64,000 nucleotides of DNA from an uncultured Magnetovibrio sp. GTDB taxonomy: Bacteria > Pseudomonadota > Alphaproteobacteria > Rhodospirillales > Casp-alpha2. The notes beneath the pieces were generated by a model. It saw only the letters and a list, made by a program, of their open reading frames with translations, ran no database searches and was not told the DNA's origin. Shown piece after piece: positions 10,309 to 18,729 of the stretch (within the stretch, counting starts at the first letter, position 1; each line of letters opens with the position of its first letter). Location of the stretch: positions 2,729 through 66,728 of the forward strand of contig CAXATO010000017.1 in NCBI GenBank assembly GCA_963972255.1, read 5' to 3'. The translations under genes were made by a program, and so were the position numbers.

Positions 10309-10557
10309 ATGGACGCCCGCCGCAAACGCATCCTTTTCCGCGCCCAGCACTGCGGGATGAAGGAAAACGACATCATCCTGGGCGGTTTCGCCGAGGCGCG
10401 GATCGAGGCCCTGTCCGAGGCCGATCTCGACGCCTTCGAGATTCTGCTGAAGCAGCCGGACAACGATGTTTACACCTGGGTGTCCGGGCGCGAAACGCCC
10501 CCCGCTGAATTCGCGACAGACCTGATGCGCCAGATCCTCGCCTTCAATGCCGACTGA
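10309..10557 (+). CDS. sdhE: succinate dehydrogenase FAD assembly factor SdhE (DUF339)
   Basis: Tail of track ORF 9334..10557. MDARRKRILFRAQHCGMKENDIILGGF...LLKQPDNDVYTWV matches the SdhE/Sdh5 pattern (R.R..G..E.D). Start is uncertain; ATG 10243 is the alternative. Confidence 0.7.
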   Translation: MDARRKRILFRAQHCGMKENDIILGGFAEARIEALSEADLDAFEILLKQPDNDVYTWVSGRETPPAEFATDLMRQILAFNAD

Positions 10558-10569
10558 GCCCGAGAACCC

Positions 10570-13500
10570 GTGACCGATATGGCCCAGGACAATACGGAAA
10601 AGCATTGGTATTCGCCCGGCGTGCGCCGGGTGTTCGGTGTGCCCGGCGGGGCGGAAGCCCTGGTGCTGGCCGATGCGGCGCGGGCCGGGAAGGCCGTGCT
10701 GTTCATTGCCCGCGACGACGTGCACATGGATCAGGCGGCGGAGGCCCTTGCCTTCATGGCGCCGGACATCGCCGTGCTGACCTTTCCCGCCTGGGACTGT
10801 CTGCCCTATGACCGGGTGTCGCCCAAGACCGACATCGTCGCCCGCCGTGTCGGGACCCTGACCGAACTGCGCCACGGGGATACCAAGGCCCGGCCGCCGC
10901 TGGTGCTGACGACCGTGTCGGCGGTCCTCCAGCGGGTGCCGCCGCGGGCCTATTTCGATGACGCGGGATTGAGCCTGCGGGTCGGTGATCGCACGGGGCC
11001 GGAAAAGGTTCTGGAAAGCCTGGCCCATGCTTCCTACCAGCGGGTCGAAACCGTGTACGAGCCCGGTGAATACGCCGTTCGCGGCGGTATCATCGACATC
11101 TATCCGGCGGGAGCGGCGAACCCGGTGCGCCTGGATTTCTTCGGGGATGAACTGGAACAGGTGCGGACCTTCGATCCGACATCCCAACGCTCAGATGAAA
11201 AGCTCGACGGCTTCGCGATCCGCCGGGCCCTGGAAGCGCCGTTGGACGAAGAGGCGATTTCGCGGTTCCGCTCGGGCTATCGCGTCGCCTTCGGCACGGG
11301 CGGTGACGATGATCCCTTGTACGAAAGCGTGTCCGCCGGGCGCGCCCATCCGGGCATGGAACACTGGCTGCCCCTGTTCCACGACGGCATGGAGACCTTG
11401 TTCGATTTCCTGCCCGAGGATGTGATCGTGGCGCTTGAGCCCCAGGCGGGCGAATCGGCGGAAGGCCGGCTCGCGATGATCACCGACTATTACGAGGCGC
11501 GGGCGGAAATGGCCAATACGCCCCAGGGGGCGATGGCGGGCGTGCCGTATCGGCCGCTGCCGCCGGAACAGCTTTATCTGGCGGCCGATGAATGGCGCCA
11601 GATCGAGGGTGGCCTGAACGTGCGCGAACTGTCGGCATTCGATGCCGCCGGCGACGGGCCCGACGCCATCGACCTGGGCGGGCGGCCGGGCCGCGAGTTC
11701 GGCGATGTGCGGGCGCGGCCCGACGCCGATGTGTTCCAGGAAACGGCGACCCATATCAAAGCGCTGATGGCCGACGGTCACAAGGTCGTCGTCGATACCT
11801 ATTCCGAAGGGGCGCGTACGCGCCTGATGACCGTTCTGTCGGAGCGGGGCGTGACGTTGACCCCCGCCGCCGACTGGCAGACGGCGCTGACGGGGCAGGG
11901 GGCGACGGCGATCGTGCTGGGCCTGCCGCGGGGCTTCGTGCTGCCGGGTCGGGTTACAGTGGTGTCGGAACAGGACATCCTGGGCGAGCGCGTGGTGCGC
12001 CGCCACCGGGTCAAGGTGCGCCCGGAAAACCTGATCGCCAGCGTATCGGATATCAATGAAGGCGACCTGGTCGTGCACGCGGAACATGGCATCGGGCGCT
12101 ATGAAGGACTGCAGGCCATCGACGTCGGCGGGGCGGCCCATGATTGTTTGATGCTGGTCTATGCCGGCGACGACAAGCTGTTCATTCCGGTGGAGAACAT
12201 CGAGGTCGTCACGCGCTACGGCTCCGAAGGCGGGCCGGGGCAGTTGGACCGCCTGGGCGGCGCCGCTTGGCAGGCGCGCAAGGCCAAGATGAAGGCGCGC
12301 ATCCACGACATGGCGGAAAAGCTCATGCAGGTCGCGGCGGAGCGGCTGTTGAAGGACGCGCCGCGCCTGGAAGGGCATCCCGGCGCTTATGACGAGTTCT
12401 GCGCGCGCTTCCCCTATGACGAGACGGAAGACCAGCTGCGCGCCATTTCCGATACTCTGGAAGACTTGGCCAAGGGGCTGCCGACGGACCGCCTGGTCTG
12501 CGGCGACGTCGGCTTCGGCAAGACCGAGGTTGCGTTGCGTGCCGCCTTTACGGCGGCGCTCACCGGCAAGCAGGTCGCCGTCGTGGTGCCGACCACGCTG
12601 CTGGCGCGCCAGCACTTCAAGACCTTCCAGGAACGCTTCGCCGGATTTCCCGTGAAAATCGGACAGCTGTCGCGCCTGGTCACCGCCAAGGACGCGGCCA
12701 AGGTGAAGGAGGGCATGGCCAAGGGGGATATCGACATCGTTGTCGGGACCCATGCGCTTCTCGGCAAGGACGTGCGGTTCCGCGACCTGGGCTTGCTGAT
12801 CATCGACGAAGAACAACACTTCGGCGTTGCCCATAAGGAACAGTTGAAGCAGCTGAAGACCAACGTCCATGTCCTCGTCCTGACCGCGACGCCGATTCCG
12901 CGCACGTTGCAGATGGCGCTGTCGGGCCTGCGCGAGATGAGCCTGATCGCGACACCGCCCGTCGACCGGCTGGCCGTGCGGACCTTCGTGCTGCCGTTCG
13001 ATCCGGTCATCATCCGCGAGGCCATGGTGCGCGAACTGCACCGGGGCGGGCAGGTCTATTACGTCTGCCCGCGCGTATCGGACCTGGACGGGGTCGCCAA
13101 TCAGATCACGGAGCTGATGCCCGACGCGCGCATCGCCCTGGCCCATGGGCAGATGAAACCGCGCGATCTGGAAGACGTGTTCCAGGCCTTCGCCGACGGC
13201 GCCTATGACGTTCTGGTCTCGACCAACATCATCGAATCCGGCCTCGACCTGCCGCGCGTCAACACCATCATCATTCACCGCGCCGACCGTTTCGGCCTGG
13301 GCCAGCTTTATCAGTTGCGCGGCCGGGTCGGGCGTTCGAAGATTCGGGCCTATGCCTATCTGACCCTGCCGACCCGCGGCAAGCTGACGCCGACGGCGGA
13401 AAAGCGGCTGGAAGTCATGCAGACCCTGGACACCCTGGGTGCGGGCTTCACCCTGGCCAGCCACGACATGGATATTCGCGGCGCCGGCAACCTGCTGGGC

Positions 13501-14073
13501 GAGGAACAGTCCGGCCATATCCGCGAGGTCGGGGTCGAGCTTTATCAGCGCATGCTGGAAGAAGCCGTGGCCGAGGCCAAGAGCGGCGGCGGCGACACGG
13601 CGGCGGACGATGATTGGAGTCCGCAGATTTCCCTCGGCACCGAAGTGCTGATTCCGGACCACTACGTCGCTGACCTCAGCTTACGTCTGGAGCTCTATCG
13701 TCGAATCTCCCGCCTGTCCGGCGACGACGAGATGGAGGACCTGGCGGTCGAACTGATCGACCGGTTCGGGCCGATCCCGGAAAGCGTGCAGAACCTGCTG
13801 GACCTGGTGCGGCTCAAGGGATCGTGCCGCCGTGCCGGGGTCGCCAAGGTCGATGCCGGGCCACGCGGCGCCACCGTGCAGTTCCGGGGCGACGATTTCG
13901 CCGATCCGGTGGGGCTGGTGCAATGGATCACCCAGCAGAAGGGCAAGGCCAAGCTGCGTCCCGACCACCGGCTGATCTACGTCAGCGACTGGCCGGACAA
14001 GCAGGCCCGGACCAAGGGGGTGCGCTTCCTGGTCTCGCAACTGGCGGCCATCGCCGGCAAGGCGGCGGCCTAG
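10570..14073 (+). CDS. mfd: transcription-repair coupling factor Mfd
   Basis: 1167 aa. UvrB-homology N-part, CarD-like RNAP-interacting domain (GDLVVHAEHGIGRY), helicase motifs (GDVGFGKTEVALRA, IIDEEQHFG), and TRG motif. Confidence 0.95.
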   Translation: MTDMAQDNTEKHWYSPGVRRVFGVPGGAEALVLADAARAGKAVLFIARDDVHMDQAAEALAFMAPDIAVLTFPAWDCLPYDRVSPKTDIVARRVGTLTELRHGDTKARPPLVLTTVSAVLQRVPPRAYFDDAGLSLRVGDRTGPEKVLESLAHASYQRVETVYEPGEYAVRGGIIDIYPAGAANPVRLDFFGDELEQVRTFDPTSQRSDEKLDGFAIRRALEAPLDEEAISRFRSGYRVAFGTGGDDDPLYESVSAGRAHPGMEHWLPLFHDGMETLFDFLPEDVIVALEPQAGESAEGRLAMITDYYEARAEMANTPQGAMAGVPYRPLPPEQLYLAADEWRQIEGGLNVRELSAFDAAGDGPDAIDLGGRPGREFGDVRARPDADVFQETATHIKALMADGHKVVVDTYSEGARTRLMTVLSERGVTLTPAADWQTALTGQGATAIVLGLPRGFVLPGRVTVVSEQDILGERVVRRHRVKVRPENLIASVSDINEGDLVVHAEHGIGRYEGLQAIDVGGAAHDCLMLVYAGDDKLFIPVENIEVVTRYGSEGGPGQLDRLGGAAWQARKAKMKARIHDMAEKLMQVAAERLLKDAPRLEGHPGAYDEFCARFPYDETEDQLRAISDTLEDLAKGLPTDRLVCGDVGFGKTEVALRAAFTAALTGKQVAVVVPTTLLARQHFKTFQERFAGFPVKIGQLSRLVTAKDAAKVKEGMAKGDIDIVVGTHALLGKDVRFRDLGLLIIDEEQHFGVAHKEQLKQLKTNVHVLVLTATPIPRTLQMALSGLREMSLIATPPVDRLAVRTFVLPFDPVIIREAMVRELHRGGQVYYVCPRVSDLDGVANQITELMPDARIALAHGQMKPRDLEDVFQAFADGAYDVLVSTNIIESGLDLPRVNTIIIHRADRFGLGQLYQLRGRVGRSKIRAYAYLTLPTRGKLTPTAEKRLEVMQTLDTLGAGFTLASHDMDIRGAGNLLGEEQSGHIREVGVELYQRMLEEAVAEAKSGGGDTAADDDWSPQISLGTEVLIPDHYVADLSLRLELYRRISRLSGDDEMEDLAVELIDRFGPIPESVQNLLDLVRLKGSCRRAGVAKVDAGPRGATVQFRGDDFADPVGLVQWITQQKGKAKLRPDHRLIYVSDWPDKQARTKGVRFLVSQLAAIAGKAAA

Positions 14074-14094
14074 GCGCTTTCTACTAGTAGGAAA

Positions 14095-14679
14095 TCAGTG
14101 AATGACCTTCGTGCCCGCCTGGGGGGTGACGACGGGCTCGCCCACGGTCAGGGCCAATCCCCATCCGGCCTTCTGCACCGTAGTCGCCACCATGTGGCAG
14201 AAGCCGTGCAGCAGTTTCTTGTCCAGGGTCACGGTGACGTTCATGTCGTTGGACGTCTGGAACCCCAGCACCAATTTCTTGCCGTCCCAGGGTTTGACCT
14301 TGGCCCCGGTCACGACCATGGGGCCCGTGTTCGCGGTCAGATCCACGGTGTCCTCGTCGTGCTTGCGAGAAAAATCGGATTCCTGCACGGCGGCCTGATG
14401 TTCCATGCCCAGCACCGCATCGCGCACTTTGGGCGGTACGGCGGCGGCCGGGGGCTCCGAAGCGCCGGCGGGGCCATCGGCGTCGTTCGATTGCGGGCGC
14501 AGGCCGGAAAGGTCCGCCGTCTGCGCCAACTGGCCGCCCAGTGCCGGCCATAGCGTCGCGATGAAGCGACGGGTCAGCCACAGGCGGTATTCGGTTTTCT
14601 CGCTGGTGGCGATGCGCAGCATCATGCGGTCCTCGGTGGGCACGTAGGTGACCGTCATTTGATGCAGGCGTTTTGTCAC
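14095..14679 (-). CDS. hypothetical protein
   Basis: 194-aa ORF convergent with mfd. Two ordered-looking halves joined by a Pro/Ala linker. No family recognised. Confidence 0.5.
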   Translation of the reverse strand: MTKRLHQMTVTYVPTEDRMMLRIATSEKTEYRLWLTRRFIATLWPALGGQLAQTADLSGLRPQSNDADGPAGASEPPAAAVPPKVRDAVLGMEHQAAVQESDFSRKHDEDTVDLTANTGPMVVTGAKVKPWDGKKLVLGFQTSNDMNVTVTLDKKLLHGFCHMVATTVQKAGWGLALTVGEPVVTPQAGTKVIH

Positions 14680-14700
14680 GGTTGGATCGCGGCCTCCGGT

Positions 14701-15354
14701 TCAGGCGGCCGAGGCGGCGGCGTCGAGCATACGCGCCAGGATCTGCGGTTCCTGGGCGCCGGAAATCACCAAGGGGCCGGTGAACACGAAGGACGGCACG
14801 CCGTTGACGCCGAGGCGATGGGCGCGGGCGTTATCCTGGGTCACGGTCTCCATGTCCTCATCGCCGGCCAGGTAGGTTCGCAGGTCGGCATCGTCGAGGC
14901 CGTGGCGGGCGCCGATGTCGAGCAGCACCTGTTCCTCGCCGATGTCGAGGCCGTGGACGAAGTAGGCGACGAACAGGGCCTCGACCACCAGGTCGGCGGC
15001 AGCGCCGTGGCGGGCGGCATATTTGACAAGGCGATGGGAATCGACGGAATTGGGTGTCTTCTGGATTCGGTCGAAGGCGAAATCGATTTCGACCGACTGA
15101 CCCGCTTCGCCGATGGCGCCGTAGATGCGCCGGACCCGGGTTTCCGATCCGAACTTCTTGACCAGATAGGCCGTGCGGTCGACGCCGTCGGGCGGCAGTT
15201 CCGGGTTCAGCAGGAACGGCCGCCAATGGGTGGTGACGCTCAGGTTCGGGCGCATGGCCAGAGCCTGATCCAACCGGCGCTTGCCGATGTAACACCAGGG
15301 GCAGACGGTGTCGTAAATGATTTCGATGTCCAAGTGACGGGCCCTTAATCCCAC
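14701..15354 (-). CDS. DsbA-family oxidoreductase (FrnE / 2-hydroxychromene-2-carboxylate isomerase-like)
   Basis: Thioredoxin-fold CPWC active site (DTVCPWCYIGKRRLD). Confidence 0.85.
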   Translation of the reverse strand: MGLRARHLDIEIIYDTVCPWCYIGKRRLDQALAMRPNLSVTTHWRPFLLNPELPPDGVDRTAYLVKKFGSETRVRRIYGAIGEAGQSVEIDFAFDRIQKTPNSVDSHRLVKYAARHGAAADLVVEALFVAYFVHGLDIGEEQVLLDIGARHGLDDADLRTYLAGDEDMETVTQDNARAHRLGVNGVPSFVFTGPLVISGAQEPQILARMLDAAASAA

Positions 15355-15450
15355 GGCAGGGCAAGTATCAGGCCAAAGTATAAGGGGGTGGCACCAACGT
15401 GCACACCCCCTTGGTAATTCGTGCTGAGTCCCGGCCGTTGCTCCATGGCG

Positions 15451-15597
15451 TCAGTGGCTGAAGCGGGGCCGTGGCTGATAGAGGGCCCGATTGAAGGCTG
15501 CCCATTCCGGCGCGGAATAGAGGTAGGCCGTTTTGACCGGGGCCTTCTTGGCTCGGTTGAGGAAAAAGCCGCGGAACAGAATGATATGCGAGAGCAT
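15451..15597 (-). CDS. possible 48-aa small protein (below the ORF-track cutoff)
   Basis: ATG is preceded by AGGAG at an 8-nt spacing. Translation is MLSHIILFRGFFLNRAKKAPVKTAYLYSAPEWAAFNRALYQPRPRFSH. No family recognised. Confidence 0.25.
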   Translation of the reverse strand: MLSHIILFRGFFLNRAKKAPVKTAYLYSAPEWAAFNRALYQPRPRFSH

Positions 15598-15640
15598 CTC
15601 GTGGTCTCCTTTCAGATTGGAGAATCGCTAGACACAAATA

Positions 15641-15687
15641 TACGCACGTTGTGCGCAAAAATCCAGAATAATACGCACAAAGTGCGT
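15641..15687. promoter_or_regulatory. two copies of the palindrome TACGCAC-N3-GTGCG, starts 31 nt apart
   Basis: Copies are tacgcacgttgtgcgca (15641-15657) and tacgcacaaagtgcgt (15672-15687). The second is followed by T6 on the + strand. They lie between the MFS stop and the small ORF/dsbA-like gene. Confidence 0.3.
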
Positions 15688-15690
15688 TTT

Positions 15691-16980
15691 TTAGCGCCGC
15701 GCGTCCGGTACGCGCAGGATCAGGACGAACCCGACGATGAAGAAGGCGATGACCGTCGCCATGCCGTGGCGCTGGCTGTCGGCCATGCTCGTGGCCCAGG
15801 CCACGGCGGCCGGGCCGACGAAGGCCGTCGCCTTGCCGGCGAGCGCCATGAATCCGAACATTTCCGTGCGCAGGTGATCGGGCGCGAGATGTGCCATCAG
15901 GGACCGACCCGCCGCCTGACCCGGGCCGACGAACAGGCCGATCCCAAGGGCGAAGGTCCAGAACAGGGCCTTGTCGGTGACGGAGACGATGGCGAGCCCG
16001 AAGATAATGAGGCCGAGCAGGGAGATCAGGATCGTGCGCTTGGGCCCGATCCAGTCATCGACCCAGGCCATGGCGAAGGCACCGAGGCCGGCGGTGATGC
16101 TCATGCCGATGCCGAGCTGAATGACCTCGGCCTGTTCCATGCCGAAAGTCCCGGCGGCGTAGATGCCGCCGAAGGTGAACATGGTGCCGAGGCCGTCCAT
16201 ATAGATCATGTAGCCGATCAGAAAGACGATGATGCCGTCATACTCCCGCGCGCGCCTCAACGTGCCGCGCAGCGTGGCGACGCCGTCGCGCACCGCCGTC
16301 AGGGCGGGCAGGCCGCGGGACGGCGTGTCCGGGGTGAACAGGAACAGGGGCAGAGAGAACAGGGCCAGCCAGACCGCGACGAAGGGCCCGGAAATACGCA
16401 CATGCTCCGCCGCGTCCTTGTCCAGGCCCAGCCACGGCACGTCGGGCTGTACAAAACCGACCAGCAGCACGACCAGGCAGGCGATGCCGCCCGCATAGCC
16501 GAAGCCCCAGGCCCAGCCCGACAAGCGCCCGATGCGGTCGCGTCCGGCAACGTCGGGCAGCATGGCGTTGTAGAATACGGTCGCCGTTTCGAACGTGAAG
16601 TTGGCGGCGGCGGCCAGGACGAGCGCCAGAACGATGGAAGAGGGATCGGGCTCCACGAACCAGAGCAGGGCCGAGGCAATGACGAGCCCCAGGGTGAATA
16701 CGAAGATCCAGGGCTTGCGCCGCCCGCCCCGGTCGGCGATGGCGCCCAGGATGGGGGCCGAGACGGCGACGCAAAAGGACGAAGCCGATATGGCATAGCC
16801 CCACATTTCGGTCCCTGCGATCGGGTCGGCGGCGACGGCCTTGGTGAAATAGGTGCTGAAGACGAAGGTCGAGATAACGGCCGCATAGGCCGAATTCGCC
16901 CAGTCGTACATGGCCCAGGAAAGCGCGCCCAGAAAGGTCGCGGGCTTCGCGGGCGCTGCCTGTTGCGGGTGGTCTGTCAT
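15691..16980 (-). CDS. MFS transporter (UMF1/Atg22-like)
   Basis: 429 aa, about 12 TM helices. N-terminal WAMYDWANSAY motif is typical of the UMF1 family. Confidence 0.85.
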   Translation of the reverse strand: MTDHPQQAAPAKPATFLGALSWAMYDWANSAYAAVISTFVFSTYFTKAVAADPIAGTEMWGYAISASSFCVAVSAPILGAIADRGGRRKPWIFVFTLGLVIASALLWFVEPDPSSIVLALVLAAAANFTFETATVFYNAMLPDVAGRDRIGRLSGWAWGFGYAGGIACLVVLLVGFVQPDVPWLGLDKDAAEHVRISGPFVAVWLALFSLPLFLFTPDTPSRGLPALTAVRDGVATLRGTLRRAREYDGIIVFLIGYMIYMDGLGTMFTFGGIYAAGTFGMEQAEVIQLGIGMSITAGLGAFAMAWVDDWIGPKRTILISLLGLIIFGLAIVSVTDKALFWTFALGIGLFVGPGQAAGRSLMAHLAPDHLRTEMFGFMALAGKATAFVGPAAVAWATSMADSQRHGMATVIAFFIVGFVLILRVPDARR

Positions 16981-17221
16981 CGATCCAGGGACATGTTGGG
17001 GCTTCCAATTGCGGTTCGTGCGCGAGGGTGACCGTAGGCTGGATCACCGACCCCGGGCAAGCGGGTTGCGCGGGCGCGATCGGGGGCGCGGCCGGTTTCA
17101 CCGCCCATGCGATGAAGATGCCGGAACAAAAGGAAGATTCGCCTTATCGCGGCCATGATTAAAGGGCATAACCCCCTGGACTGACGATTTCCCGCAACAA
17201 CACGGTTACCGAAATTCACCC

Positions 17222-17404
17222 ATGCAGTACGACCCCAAAGAAATCGCAAAAGACATGATCCAAGAACACGGATTTGACGGAGCCTTATCTGCTGCCATCG
17301 AAGGTGCGATGGATGCACAAAGAGCGGGTGACAATTACAGCCTGAGCGTTTGGCGGGAAGTTAAGGCAATTATCCGCAAACAAATTTCCGACCGCGCGGC
17401 CTAG
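17222..17404 (+). CDS. hypothetical small helical protein
   Basis: 60-aa ORF in a lower-GC stretch with non-shadow-like composition (K/E/D/I rich). No family recognised. Confidence 0.35.
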   Translation: MQYDPKEIAKDMIQEHGFDGALSAAIEGAMDAQRAGDNYSLSVWREVKAIIRKQISDRAA

Positions 17405-17577
17405 CCCGCGGCTTCAGCCTCCCTCATCCACTGTCCCGACGCTTAAAAGCGGTTCGAGTGATGCTCGTCATGTTCCGGAGGGGGCGAAATGGGTATGCTG
17501 CTCCCGTCATTCGCAGATCAATTCGAATGCCACATCAATAGGCGACGGCTCGATATTTCGGGCCGAAGGAGGGGTGT

Positions 17578-18561
17578 GTGGCCTATTTGGAGAATTATAC
17601 GGTCCTGGCGTCTGAAGACCTGGATGAGGTGCGTGAGTTCCTGTCGGGGTTGACGGTGCGCCATTCTTTCGATGTGCGCGGCGAAATAGCGGATTTTTCG
17701 GCAAACGTCGCCGTGGCTCCGCTTGGGGAGCATTCCCTTCTTCATTTCGGATACGGTAATTCCCGGGTTGAAGTCACCTCCGGCGAGGAGAGCGACGACG
17801 GGCTGCTGATCTATGTCGTGACCGAGGGGATGGGGTGTTTCCGGTCCGGAAATTCGGAAACCGAGTTCTCGGTCATGCGGGGGGTTGTTCGGGACGTGTC
17901 GCGGCCGATTTCGGCGATGCAGGAAAATCTATCGGGCTTCGCCCTGCCGCTGTCGAAGGCGCGGCTGCGCCGGCATGCGAGCGCGATCATCGGTTCCGAT
18001 ATCGGTCCCGCCCGGGTGGATTTCGACCAGACCATCGACATGGCGACCCCGGGCGGCCGTCAGTTCCGCAATACCTTGCATTATGTCGCGAATTCCCTGG
18101 ATGGGCCGCTCCGGGAGTTGGACAATCCGATCCTTACCCGGCATATGGAAGAACTGATCCTGACGCAGGTTTTGACGCTGCTGCCGAACAGTCTGTCAGA
18201 TGCGATGGCGGATTGCGCCGCGCGGAGCGCGCTGCCCTATCATGTCAAGCGGGCGCGAGACCATATCCATGCCCACGCGCATGAGCCGATCAGCGTTGCC
18301 GATATCGCCGCCGCGGCCGGATGCGGCTATCGGACCGTGCAGAATGCCTTCAAAGACATCTATCACGTGTCCCCCATGGCCTATTTGCGGCTGATCCGCC
18401 TGAACAAGGTTCGACGGGCATTGCTTGATGGTCGCGACGATTTCTCATCTATTGCCCAAGTGGCTCAGGCCTGGGGGTTTAGCCATATGGGGCGGTTTGC
18501 GGAGCTCTACCGGCGTCAATTCGGTGAACTGCCGTCGGATACTGTGCGCAAACGTTCGTAA
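17578..18561 (+). CDS. AraC-family transcriptional regulator
   Basis: GTG start preceded by AAGGAGG. C-terminal double HTH (ISVADIAAAAGCGYRTVQNAFKD...GFSHMGRFAELYRRQFGELPS). Confidence 0.85.
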   Translation: MAYLENYTVLASEDLDEVREFLSGLTVRHSFDVRGEIADFSANVAVAPLGEHSLLHFGYGNSRVEVTSGEESDDGLLIYVVTEGMGCFRSGNSETEFSVMRGVVRDVSRPISAMQENLSGFALPLSKARLRRHASAIIGSDIGPARVDFDQTIDMATPGGRQFRNTLHYVANSLDGPLRELDNPILTRHMEELILTQVLTLLPNSLSDAMADCAARSALPYHVKRARDHIHAHAHEPISVADIAAAAGCGYRTVQNAFKDIYHVSPMAYLRLIRLNKVRRALLDGRDDFSSIAQVAQAWGFSHMGRFAELYRRQFGELPSDTVRKRS

Positions 18562-18729
18562 GTGCCGGTGGCTTATCCGGAAAGTGTATCCATTATCCAA
18601 TATGCGCCAAATAAAGGGCAGGGGCACGCCATCCGCGTTCTCTGGCCGAGGTTTCCTGCGTACCCTGTGCTGATGCTAGGCCGCCAAATGAGAGCGGTTG
18701 CGGGGAAAAAGAGACGAGGTCGATCGAAG

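Noticed and set aside
10213-11187. N-terminal extension of about 325 aa on the RecG ORF (track ORF 8128..11187).
   Set aside because: The extension is low-complexity and Arg/Gly-rich, and it runs antisense through sdhE and the start of mfd. A canonical RecG N-terminus (MRPEILFPLFKPV...) begins at 10212.
11191-13662. 823-aa ORF antisense to mfd, and many similar long antisense or off-frame ORFs (for example 747..1838 -, 1348..2979 -, 15421..17031 +, 22295..23530 -, 35043..36131 -, 43290..44537 -, 54951..56570 -, 56622..59546 -, 60270..62048 -, 62520..63968 -).
   Set aside because: These are typical shadow ORFs of high-GC DNA. Their translations are dominated by R/G/P/A/H with no recognisable motifs. 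Each one overlaps a gene on the other strand or frame that has clear family signatures.
16981-17221. Long 5' leader (about 240 nt) of the MFS gene as a possible riboswitch.
   Set aside because: I could not match it to any riboswitch consensus that I can recognise by eye. It may simply hold the promoter and the divergent small-ORF promoter. A covariance-model scan (Rfam/Infernal) would be needed to settle it.
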